Origin: Macrostomum lignano
Lineage: Eukaryota
Reading direction: 5' to 3'
NCBI GenBank assembly: GCA_002269645.1
Contig: NIVC01000663.1
Coordinates: 62,001 to 126,000, forward strand
Length of the DNA: 64,000 bases
Part shown: positions 1 through 23,564 of the stretch, piece by piece
Position numbering within the stretch: position 1 is the stretch's first letter
Layout: every line of letters begins with the position of its first letter
Program-made: the position numbers and the translations under genes
The notes under the pieces: generated by a model
The model's database searches: none
Told to the model about the DNA's origin: nothing
Seen by the model: only the letters and a program-made list of their open reading frames with translations

Positions 1-113
1 CAGGTGGTCTTCAGGCAAAAATGCAGCAATTTATTGCCAAAATCGAAACATGCATTAAAAATCTGTGCAGTTAAAAATCCAGTCAATGTGTCCGTGTTGT
101 CCAGGTGCCATCA

Positions 114-4201
<4,088 letters not shown>

Positions 4202-5179
4202 CGTCAAAGATGATTAGATCAATTCGAACACTTGCAAAACAGATAGTTGAAGTCTGGCTGAGCAGGAAATCGGGCAAACTGGGGCTCCTCTGCCGGTTGT
4301 CTCCGCACTAAATACTTGTTGTCACGAGCTATAATCCTCGCTCGTATAGAAACAAGCGGAGAGAAGTCAGCAACTAGGGACCGCGCACACTTGACTCTGC
4401 TTCTGCACAGCGGAGAGTCAAGTCCGTCAGTGCGCGAGTGTGTGCTTCGCTTGGGTGAGGGTTCTCTGAGGGAATATCAGGACCTATATATACCAGCATA
4501 GATATATATGATATATCTTGAATGCAGAGAAGGGGAGAGTGGGGAGAGCGAGTCAGCGAGTCAGAGCTGCCGAGAGAGGCGGTACTCGGCTGGCTGGATG
4601 CTAATTGAGAAGGGCGAGGGGGAGATCGAGAAGGGGGCGTTTGGTCGGCCAGCAGAGGTCTCGAAGGGACGAAGCAGTTCTCGGTCTGTTTAATTATCAA
4701 GTGGCTTTGGACGGAATCGACTGGCTCATGGTTCTGGAACATTCCGGGTGATTAAAGAAGGGCCTGTGCCCCCCCCCCCGCCTCACTTCTGGGACACGAG
4801 CGAAAAAAGTTTTTCTGTTGCTTCAAAAATTTGCATTTTCGAGCCGACGTCGAGCGACTGTGTGGGTAAAATTTGATACCGATGTGACCAATGCTTTGGA
4901 ATTTTATGCGGTAAATTTGCCACTTATAATGACCCAGTCTGGTTTCAAAGCACCCTTTCGATTTCGAAAATTGCCCAGGGGCTCTTGTCGTATGATTTAC
5001 GACTGAGGCACAGAGACTGTACATGCCTGACGATTGGAAAGTCGGGGCCGCTGTACATCCTGAGTGAGCGTGTGTTTGAGTGCGTGCCCTGTGTATAGTA
5101 TTGGCGCGATTGTATGTGCCTGGTTGCTTGCCTCTTAGCCGAGGGCGAGTAAGACTCTCGCCTTGATCAACTATTCAGC

Positions 5180-6265
5180 CAGGCAAATGAGCAGTCAGGC
5201 AGGCAGATGAGCAGACAGTCAGGCAGGTGAGCAGACAGTTAGGCAGATGAGCAGTCAGTCAGGCAGATGAGCAGTCAGGCAGATGAGCAGTCAGTCAGGC
5301 AAATGAGCAGTCAGTCAGGCAGATGAGCAGTCAATCAGGCAAATGAGCAGTCAGGCAGGCAGATGAGCAGACAGTCAGGCAGGTGAGCAGACAGTTAGGC
5401 AGATGAGCAGTCAGTCAGGCAGGTGAGCAGACAGTCAGGCAGATGAGCAGACAGTCAGGCAGGTGAGCAGACAGTCAGGCAGATGAGCAGTCAGTCAGGC
5501 AGGTGAGCAGACAGTCAGGCAGATGAGCAGTCAGTCAGGCAGATTAGCAGTCAGTCAGGCAGGTGAGCAGACAGTCAGATGAGCAGACAGGCAGATGAGC
5601 AGACAGGCAGATGAGCAGTCAGTCAGGCAGATGAGCAGTCAGGCAGATGAGCAGACAGGCAGATTAGCAGTCAGTCAGGCAGATGAGCAGTCAGGCAGAT
5701 GAGCAGACAGGCAGATGAGCAGTCAGACATATTAGCAGTCAGTCAGGCAGGTGAGCAGACAGTCAGATGAGCAGACAGGCAGATGAGCAGACAGGCAGAT
5801 GAGCAGACAGGCAGATGAGCAGACAGGCAGATGAGCAGTCAGTCAGGCAGATGAGCAGTCAGGCAGATGAGCAGACAGGCAGATTAGCAGTCAGTCAGGC
5901 AGATGAGCAGTCAGGCAGATGAGCAGACAGGCAGATGAGCAGTCAGACATATTAGCAGTCAGTCAGGCAGGTGAGCAGACAGTCAGATGAGCAGACAGGC
6001 AGATGAGCAGACAGGCAGATGAGCAGACAGGCAGATGAGCAGACAGGCAGATGAGCAGTCAGTCAGGCAGATGAGCAGTCAGGCAGATGAGCAGACAGGC
6101 AGATGAGCAGTCAGTCAGGCAGATGAGCAGTCAGGCAGATGAGCAGACAGGCAGATTAGCAGTCAGTCAGGCAGATGAGCAGTCAGACAGATGAGCAGAC
6201 AGTCAGGCAGATGAGCAGACAGGCAGATGAGCAGTCAGACAGATGAGCAGTCAGGCAGGTGAGCA
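5180..6265. repeat. Compound minisatellite based on AGGCAGATGAGCAG(T/A)C
   Basis: Directly visible; variable 16-20-bp units. Confidence 0.95.
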
Positions 6266-6891
6266 GAGTTGAACAGACACTGGGGGGTCAGCCAGAACTC
6301 ACTGTCCTCCTCTGCTGCTTTCGGGCAGGCGGCTAAGCTGCAAATCTCGTAGAACACTCGACTGTCATTGCTGGGAGAGTTCGGCAGTTGACAGTCCGGC
6401 CGCTGCTGCAGCTGCTGAGCAGGGTGAGAGTCTGGCAGACCGGCCATTCTGACCTATACAGCGATAGATTCCGCCGTGGCAGATGGACAGGTCCTGACTA
6501 TATTATCCTCAGCTACAAGCGCCGCTGCCATTACTGTTTCTCTGCCTCTCTCTCTTCGTATCGGCAAAGCAGAAAAGCAGTTCCCCCTTCCTTTGTACTC
6601 TCTTACCTTTCCTGCACCCCTCTCTCCCTTCATTTCTTCAAACTTGTTTGTCTGTTCAAGGAAACCCAGAACCAGAGAATTGGGCAGCGACTTCCTTTCC
6701 CATCTGTCATTTTTTAGACAACTATAGGCTGATTGCACAGACACAGACGCACACACACACACAGACGCACACACTCTGTCATCGTTGATTTGATTTATAG
6801 CTGAAATATTAAGGTCTCGAATTATTAGAAAGTCATTGAAAAGCGAGAAAAGTTATTATTTTTTTGCTAAAAGGTTTCATGCAGTATCAAG

Positions 6892-8205
6892 CAGGTTGCA
6901 CCCAGTGTCTAACAGGTTGCACCCAGTGTCTAACAGGTTGCACCCAGTGTCTAACAGGTTGCACCCAGTGTCTAACAGGTTGCACCTAGTGTCTAACAGG
7001 TTGCGCCCAGTGTCTAACAGGTTGCACCCAGGTCTAACAGGTTATACTCAGTGTCTAACAGGTTGCGCCCAGTGTCTAACAGGTTGCGCCCAGTGTCTAA
7101 CAGGTTGCGCCCAGTGTCTAACAGGTTGCGCCCAGTGTTTAGCAGGTTGCATCCAGTGTCTAAAAGGTTGCACCCAGTGTCTAACAGGATTGCACCCAGT
7201 GTCTAACAGGTTGCATCCAGTGTCTAACAGGTTGCATCCAGTGTCTAACAGGTTGCATCCAGTGTCTAACAGGTTGCATCCAGTGTCTAACAGGTTGCAA
7301 CCAGTGTCTAAGAGGTTGCACTCAGTGTCTAACAGGTTGCGCCCAGTGTCTAATATTTTGCACAGAGCGTCTAAAAGTAGAAAAGTTTTTTGCTTAACAA
7401 CCAGAAATTGAAATTGGTGCTAACAGAAAAACTGGTTGCAGCCTACAGTTGTCCGAAAAGGCGGATTTGGGACGGTTCTCGCGCTGGCCTCCTTGGCCAG
7501 TTCCAACTCCTCTCCCCTCTCCCCTGAAGGGAAAAGGTGATGGGATTTGAAAAGGAAAGAGATTTCAACCCCCAAGCCTGTTCATTTCCACGGACCCTTG
7601 TCCTTGCGGCCGCAAAAATCCCATGCAGAATTTCTCCTCTTTTTGGAAGTTCAACTATAAATTTGTCGGCTGGACGGGAAAAGGTCGTCGCAGTGCTTCG
7701 CACCGTGTGGACCCCGCGTTCATTCGAGCGTTTGCCAACTTTATGCGATATCTGGGATTCTGGGCATCCAACAGCTGACGTTCGAACCGAGTAGGCCAAT
7801 ACATTTTGTGACCGTTGCCGTGTCTGAACAATTGTCTAACCCAGTGTCTAACAGGCTGCAGTATCTAACAGGCTGCAGTATCTAACAGGCTGCAGTATCT
7901 AACAGGCTGCAGTATCTAACAGGCTGCAGTATCTAACAGGCTGCAGTATCTAACAGGCTGCAGTATCTAACAGGCTGCATCATTTAACAGGCTGCAGTAT
8001 CTAACAGGCTGCATCATTTAACAGGCTGCAGTATCTAACAGGCTGCACTCAGCGACTAACAGGATGCACCCAGTGTCTAACAGGTTGCAACCAGTGTCTA
8101 AAATGTTGCATCCAGTGTCTAACAGGTTGCACCCAGTATCTAACAGGTTGCACCCAGTGTCTAACAGGTTGCACCCAGTGTCTAACAGGTTGCACCCAGT
8201 GTCCA
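6892..8205. repeat. 21-bp array (GGTTGCACCCAGTGTCTAACA) in two blocks (about 6892-7350 and 7840-8205), with a 17-bp derivative (GGCTGCAGTATCTAACA)
   Basis: Directly visible; the blocks are separated by about 490 bp of unique sequence. Confidence 0.92.
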
Positions 8206-8754
8206 GCCAACTTCAGTTAATGAATGCAGCCCTCCTCTCCTGGAACTCGTGTCAATCATTCTGAATAGCAGATATCGGAGCAGCAAAATTTCTTATTTAG
8301 TAGCAGGCAATCAGCCTCGACGTTCTAAAATTGTGCCGTAGCAACAGATAATTGATAATGAACCTGATATGCCTTATCCAACTGGTTCAGCTGAATGTTT
8401 CGCTGCTTAAGTGCCTGCCTCAATTACCAGATTTTTACATGTAAAGATGATAATAATTATAGAGGCACTAAAAGTATATGGGATATATGATGAAGCCAAT
8501 CTTCAGCTTCCCGAAAACATCGTCAGTTCAAAACAATTCTCTTGACAAGATGAGGTAAAAATCAGCTTAAAATATTAAATTTAAGCTACGACTTGCAGAA
8601 GCTACCGATATGTTGCGTTATTAATGATATGCATAATGCATATGCATGTTGCGTTATTAATGATATGCATAATGCAAATCATTAAAGCATTTTAATTTGT
8701 GAGTTACTTGTGTGGGCACCGCTGTCTCTTGTTGAGCGTCCCTGTCTTCCGGTG

Positions 8755-9320
8755 GATGCCCCTGTCTCCCGGTGAATACCCCTGTCTCCCGGTGAATACC
8801 CCTGTCTCTGGTGGGCGCCCCTGTCTCCCGGTGGGCGCCCATGTCTCTCGGTGGGCGCCCCTGTCTCTTGGTTGGCGCCCCTGTCTCCCTGTGGGCGCCC
8901 ATGTCTCTCGGTGGGCGCCCCTGTCTCTTGGTTGGCGCCCCTGTCTCCCGGTGGGCGCCCCTGTCTCTCGTTGGTGCCCCTGTCTCTCCCGGTGGGCGCC
9001 CCTGTCTTGTGATTGGAGCCCCTGTCTCCCGGTGGGCGCCCCTGTCTTGTGATTGGAGCCCATGTCTCTCGGTGGGCGCCCCTGTCTCTTGGTTGGCGCC
9101 CCTGTCTCCCGGTGGGCGCCCCTGTCTCTCGGTTGGTGCCCCTGTCTCTCCCGGTGGGCGCCCCTGTCTTGTGATTGGAGCCCCTGTCTCCCTGTGGGCG
9201 CCCCTCTCTCCCGGTGGGCACCCCAGTCTCCCGGTGGGCGCCCCTGTCTCTCAGTGGGCGCCCCTGTCTCTTGGTTGGCGCCCATGTCTCCCCGTGGGCG
9301 CCCCTGTCTCTTGGTGTCTC
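8755..9320. repeat. About 21-bp GC-rich minisatellite (GGTGGGCGCCCCTGTCTC core)
   Basis: Directly visible. Confidence 0.95.
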
Positions 9321-10123
9321 TTTACCTCTTGCCGTCCAACTCCAACTCCGAGACTGAGCTGACCCGGTAGAGAACCGGAGAGGCCCAAACGCAAACTGAG
9401 AAACTACGGAGATTGCCTGGCTCTCCAAACTTATTTTATCGCGAGAGGAATTCGAAGATCAGTCGGGATCGGATTTCCCAGCCATCAAACTCACGGGTTT
9501 AATCAGTTCAACTCCTCCGGGCACGGAAAATCAATCGCAAATGCAAATCTTCAGCAGCCAATTAGTTTTTTATTATTATTCTGAAGCTTCCACAGAAGCA
9601 GAAATCAGTGAAGCAAGTCGTAACTGCGCGTGAGCTGTCCCCCCACTCTTCTTTTGTTGGTGCAACAAACAGCCCCACGCACCATGGGGGCCGCCGGGCA
9701 GAGGAAGGACGAAGGGAACACCCCCCCCCTCTCTAGGGCGAAGCGAACCTGTCTCCCATTGGCAGTAGAGGGAATTTAGTGGGAGAAAAAGAGAGGAGAG
9801 GAAGTCAAAGTAGAGAGGGAGGGGGTAGGGGGTAGTAGGAAGAGGCAGGCTCCGAGACTGCGGGCTAAGATTGAAAAAATTGGGGTAGAATTCACCCAAA
9901 TCCCCTGCCGGAAAGCCGCGGGATCCCACCAAAAATATTCCTAGCGTCGAGGTCAGCAAAAGCAAAATATAATACTTTTTACTCTACTCCGGTTCCAAGC
10001 CTTGCCTTTCGCACTTCGGGAAGCAGCTCATTTTTCTATTTTATTAGCTGATTCAGTCACTGAGGGCTGAGAGTCCTGCGTATAGCATTGGGCCCTCCGG
10101 GTTGGAAACTAGCGGAACATTGG

Positions 10124-11725
<1,602 letters not shown>

Positions 11726-12057
11726 ATATATTTTAATCCTTTGTGTTGAAAAGGTGTATCATTTGATGCAACGTTCCCTATCCAGATATCTAGCTTGATG
11801 TGTCCCTGGTTGGGAGAGAGGCCGCTTGAGACGAGTGTAGCTATTGGCAACGATGCAAGAGAATAGGGGCTTGGATCGAGAGAGAGAGAAGAGAAAACGT
11901 GAACGCAGTCGTGAATCAGACTTCTATTTTTAACAAGGCGTACAGTCTATAGCTAGAACGTACGGTCACGCGGGCTGTGGCTGATTCTCTCTGTTCTCTT
12001 GTGACCTCAGAAGCTAAAAATAGAACACCACCCCTCTCAGTTCGTTCTGCACACTTG

Positions 12058-12067
12058 TATATAGAAA
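12058..12067 (+). promoter_or_regulatory. Candidate TATA box of the C/EBP gene
   Basis: TATATAGAAA followed by a GC-rich stretch, about 190 bp before the ORF. An AATAAA at about 13536 closes the unit. Confidence 0.45.
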
Positions 12068-12248
12068 GGGCGCGCCCGCCGGGGAAGGCTGACGAAAATT
12101 TAGCCCTACAGTCGATGCCAAAGCAATCCAGGCTGCATCAGCAAAGCAACCAGCTGCCGGTAGCAAAGCAGCAATCAGAAACCAATAGTAGTCCACTAAT
12201 AAGGACGCCGCCATTCTATCACAGTCGAGCCAACTTTCCGGCATCACC

Positions 12249-13343
12249 GTGAGCTCCAGCGATCAGTCAGTAGTCACAGTGGATTTCTTCGCCAGCCGAC
12301 AATTGTCAATCAGCGATCTACTATTGCCAGAATGCCAACCGGACCTAAACTTGATGGATCTGCTGGACGTTGCAAGCCAATCACCTCGCCGCTGCTTGTC
12401 TCCAGCGCCTGGATTTGTTAGCAAGCGCAAGCAGGCGCATACCATCGTTGCCGAGTCCATCAAGAACGACGACGACGCCAGCAAGCCGTCGCTGGTCGAA
12501 CCGAACGAGTTCAAACCGGAGCTTGAAGTGCCCTACCAGCAGTACAATCTGCTAGAGTCGCTTGACAGCCTGCTAGTGAGCCGGCAGAACTCAGGCGTAT
12601 TTCTCAAAGACCCGGACGTCTGCCTGATGGACTGGTCGACAATCGCGCCGGCTCCCGCGGTGCAGGAAGCGGCCACCGAGCAGCAGCAGCACCCGGCGCT
12701 GCAGGAGCTGTACAGCAGCTTCCAAACTCGAGGCACCGATGCCGTCGCCGACCCCTCGGCCGCCGCCAGTGGCATCTCCATCATCCCGCTGACGCCTGAC
12801 CAGGTCAGCCACCTGACGGCCGCCGCCAGCCCCTGCGGCTCCGACGGATGCCTTCAAATAGTTACCAGCCCGGCTACCATGGAAACCGCAGCAACAATCG
12901 CTTCGAACGGAGGTCAACAGCCAAAGTCTAAACAGCAGACCGCCAGGCGGCGGCCGCGACAACAGCAGCGGCGATGCGTTGCCGACGCCTCCGACGCATC
13001 AGACGAGGACGACGTCGACGACAGCGTCGCTTCGCTTCGCGGCGTTGCTCGCGGCGGAGTTAACGACGGCGACGCCGCCGACCCAGACTATCGGCGCCGG
13101 CGCGAGCGAAACAACGTGGCCGTCAGGAAGAGCCGAGCCAAGACGCGGGCTCGCGAGCAGGCCGTCGACCAGACCCTCGGCCGGCTGCGGCTAACCAACG
13201 ATGAGCTGCGCAAGAAGGTCGAGTCGGTGGTGCGCGAGCTGAAGTTTCTCAAATCGTTGATGAACAAGACTCGAATGCCGCTGCCGGCCGAGCTGCTGGG
13301 CGCGCTGCGCAACTATCCCAACTATTTTGAGCCAGTCGAGTGA
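12249..13343 (+). CDS. CEBP: C/EBP-family bZIP transcription factor, intronless (GTG at 12249; first in-frame ATG at 12354)
   Basis: Basic region YRRRRERNNVAVRKSRAK followed by a leucine zipper (LRLTNDELRKKVESVVRELKFLKSL), the C/EBP signature. Single continuous ORF. Confidence 0.92.
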   Translation: MSSSDQSVVTVDFFASRQLSISDLLLPECQPDLNLMDLLDVASQSPRRCLSPAPGFVSKRKQAHTIVAESIKNDDDASKPSLVEPNEFKPELEVPYQQYNLLESLDSLLVSRQNSGVFLKDPDVCLMDWSTIAPAPAVQEAATEQQQHPALQELYSSFQTRGTDAVADPSAAASGISIIPLTPDQVSHLTAAASPCGSDGCLQIVTSPATMETAATIASNGGQQPKSKQQTARRRPRQQQRRCVADASDASDEDDVDDSVASLRGVARGGVNDGDAADPDYRRRRERNNVAVRKSRAKTRAREQAVDQTLGRLRLTNDELRKKVESVVRELKFLKSLMNKTRMPLPAELLGALRNYPNYFEPVE

Positions 13344-13705
13344 ACCTCTTAGTTGACAAAAATTCATCCTCTTAGTGAAAACCCCAATTTAATAGACACA
13401 AGGCGCAAAGTCAACAATGCACTACCCGTGAAGCTTACTAATCATAACTTGCTGCACCGTCATAAAAGCTATGAAAACTGACTTGATAATTTTATTGCAA
13501 GATTATACTATTGCATGCCAGCATTTGATGTTGTAAATAAAAAAAACACTTCACTCTTCAACCCCTCGTCTTATTGATTTCCAAATCAGCAGCTGATCAT
13601 CTGAGATCAATCGATCAAGTCCGGAGCTTTACATTAAGTTGGCATCAACTCCTTTTTAAATGCGAGTCAGGGACGGAGCCAGGATTTTAGGTCGCCAAGT
13701 ATCAA

Positions 13706-14748
13706 GGAGCTTTAGCACCAAGGGACGCCAGCACCAAGGGCTTTAGCACCAAGGGCTTTAGCACCAAGGGCTTTAGCACCAAGGGCTTTAGCACCAAGGG
13801 CTTTAGCACCAAGGGGGCCGCGGATTTAGCACCAAGGGCTTTAGCACCAAAGGGCTTTAGCACCAAGGGCTTTAGCACCAAGGGGCTTTAGCACCAAGGG
13901 GCTTTAGCACCAAGGGCTTTAGCACCAAGGGCTTTAGCACCAAAGGGCTTTAGCACCAAGGGCTTTAGCACCAAGGGGCTTTAGCACCAAGGGCTTTAGC
14001 ACCAAGGGCTTTAGCACCAAGGGGCTTTAGCACCAAGGGCTTTAGCACCAAGGGCTTTAGCACCAAGGGCTTTAGCACCAAGGGCTTTAGCACCAAGGGG
14101 CTTTAGCACCAAGGGCTTTAGCACCAAGGGCTTTAGCACCAAGGGCTTTAGCACCAAGGGCTTTAGCACCAAGGGGCTTTAGCACCAAGGGGCTTTAGCA
14201 CCAAGGGCTTTAGCACCAAGGGCTTTAGCACCAAGGGCTTTAGCACCAAGGGGCTTTAGCACCAAGGGGCTTTAGCACCAAGGGGCTTTAGCACCAAGGG
14301 GCTTTAGCACCAAGGGACGCCAGCACCAAGGGACGCCAGCACCAAGTGACGCCAGCACCAAGGGACGCCAGCACCAAGGGACGCCAGCACCAAGGGACGC
14401 CAGCACCAAGTGACGCCAGCACCAAGGGACGCCAGCACCAAGGGACGCCAGCACCAAAGGACGCCAGCACCAAGACGCGACAGCACCAAGACGCGACAGC
14501 ACCAAGGGACGCCAGCACCAAGGGACGCCAGCACCAAGGGACGCCAGCACCAAGGGACGCCAGCACCAAAGGACGCCAGCACCAAGGGACGCCAGCACCA
14601 AGGGACGCCAGCACCAAGGGACGCCAGCACCAAGGGACGCCAGCACCAAGGGACGCCAGCACCAAGGGACGCCAGCACCAAGGGACGCCAGCACCAAGAC
14701 GCGACAGCACCCAGGGACGCCAGCACCAAGACGCGACAGCACCAAGAA
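13706..14748. repeat. Two-part minisatellite: 15-bp GGGCTTTAGCACCAA switching to 16-bp GGGACGCCAGCACCAA
   Basis: Directly visible; both units share the AGCACCAAG core. Confidence 0.96.
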
Positions 14749-15667
14749 GCGTCAGATCTGTGAAGGGGGTGCCTATTTTGGGGAAGAGCGCGGCTCCCCT
14801 CGCCCATCACAACTTACATCTATGGTCCATCGTGTGGCTTTCGAGAAAGACCTCCCGGTGCGACCTGTCTATAAAACACCCCCCCCCCCCAGTTAGGTAT
14901 ATAGTCACTCTAAGACCCTTAGCTATTGTTAGTAGGCTTTTTAAGCCAGTGAGCCCTCGTAGGTGCCCTCGGGGCCTTCCATTTCTGCCTGCAAAGGAGG
15001 GGTAACAATATACTCGTGCAATTAATTGTAAAGTCATTAAATTTAATAATTAAATAAGAATAGCAACTATTCGACAGGTTATTCCTTGACCTCACACAAA
15101 ATATTTGCATAAAAATTTACAAACATTTATTATGGCAAAAAAGCAAAAAAGAGTTCAGAATTAGGTACAATATTATTTATTTCTTAATTAAAACAAAGTC
15201 ATAATAGGCATTAATTTCACAAATTCTTGTTTGCAGACTTTGGTTCCGCGGGTGTATTAAAGAAAGCCAGACTTAGTGTATAATATGATTGAATATTAGG
15301 CATTTATAACACTATGCTGTTCCAAAATAACCATTTGTATCGAACAGCGAATTTCTCCTAACAAAAATATTAATAATTTTTTAAACGCTCCAAATACGCT
15401 TGCGCCTACTGCAAGTCCTAAGAAGTAATCAATAAGCGAATTCTTATCTAAATTTAATAACGACAACAGAAATCGGACTAGCGGAATTGCACACAGGGGC
15501 CAAAGCAGTTTCTCTGTAAGCTTAAAAGATTTTTGAATCTACAACATTTTTTTAAAAACTATTTCACAGCCCTGCCTCAGCTTGAAGTAGCTGGGCAGCT
15601 GGGCTAAAAGTGCATCTGGTGAGACACTTTTTTAAGGGCCTATTTCGAAACTAGCCCAGTTTGCTCC

Positions 15668-16200
15668 AGTTTGTGAATATTATAGATTGTGAATACTCTT
15701 GTTTGTGAATATTATAGATTGTGAATATTACTGTTTGTGAATACTCTAGTTTGTGAATCTTACAGTTTTGTGAATCCTCTAATTTGTGAATACTCTAGTT
15801 TGTGAATCTTACAGTTTTGTGAATCCTCTAATTTGTGAACACTCTAGTTTGTGAATCTTACAGTTTTGTGAATCCTCTAATTTGTGAACACTCTAGTTTG
15901 TGAATCTTACAGTTTTGTGAATCCTCTAATTTGTGAATACTCTAGTTTGTGAATCTTACAGTTTTGTGAATCCTCTAATTTGTGAATACTCTAGTTTGTG
16001 AATCTTACAGTTTTGTGAATCCTCTAATTTGTGAATACTCTAGTTTGTGAATCTTACAGTTTTGTGAATCCTCTAATTTGTGAATACTCTAGTTTGTGAA
16101 TCTTACAGTTTTGTGAATCCTCTAATTTGTGAATACTCTAATTTGTGAATACTCTAATTTGTGAAGTTTCTGGTTTGTGAAGATTCTATAGCTTGTGAAT
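15668..16200. repeat. TTGTGAAT-core satellite with a 49-bp higher-order repeat (17+16+16-bp monomers)
   Basis: Unit TGAATCTTACAGTTTTG-TGAATCCTCTAATTTG-TGAATACTCTAGTTTG is repeated near-perfectly. Confidence 0.93.
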
Positions 16201-16270
16201 CTTGCAAACGACCCTGTGCACACTAATAGACCTTTTACACCAGTTAATCAAAATAGTCAAAGATTGCAGC

Positions 16271-23309
<7,039 letters not shown>

Positions 23310-23564
23310 GCCTTTCTCTGTGTTTAGAGAGCGGAGAAAGCTGACCGCTCTTCAACGATTGCCCGCCGTTTCTGTTGTTTAATTTGCTTTTGCGACTGCC
23401 TGTTACGTGCTAGGCTGCATGCAATGTGGTTTGATTCATTTGTTGAAATTATTTATTGCAGAATCTTACAGTTATGGTGGATTTTCTTAAAATACTCGGG
23501 GCTGAGACCAGAGTAGCCCAGCTGTAACCCTCTCGGGTTCGACTCCGTCATTCACATTCACAAC

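Noticed and set aside
11764-11772. C/EBP-ATF composite element (TGATGCAAC) upstream of C/EBP
   Set aside because: A single 9-bp motif is expected by chance; there is no supporting evidence.
13668-14800. hAT MITE starting CAGGGACGGAGCCAGG enclosing the repeat array
   Set aside because: No convincing matching right TIR or 8-bp TSD was found.
23500-23560. tRNA gene or SINE head (GGTTCGACTCC) before the TAAC microsatellite; similar B-box at about 40025
   Set aside because: A-box to B-box spacing is too short and no cloverleaf can be folded.
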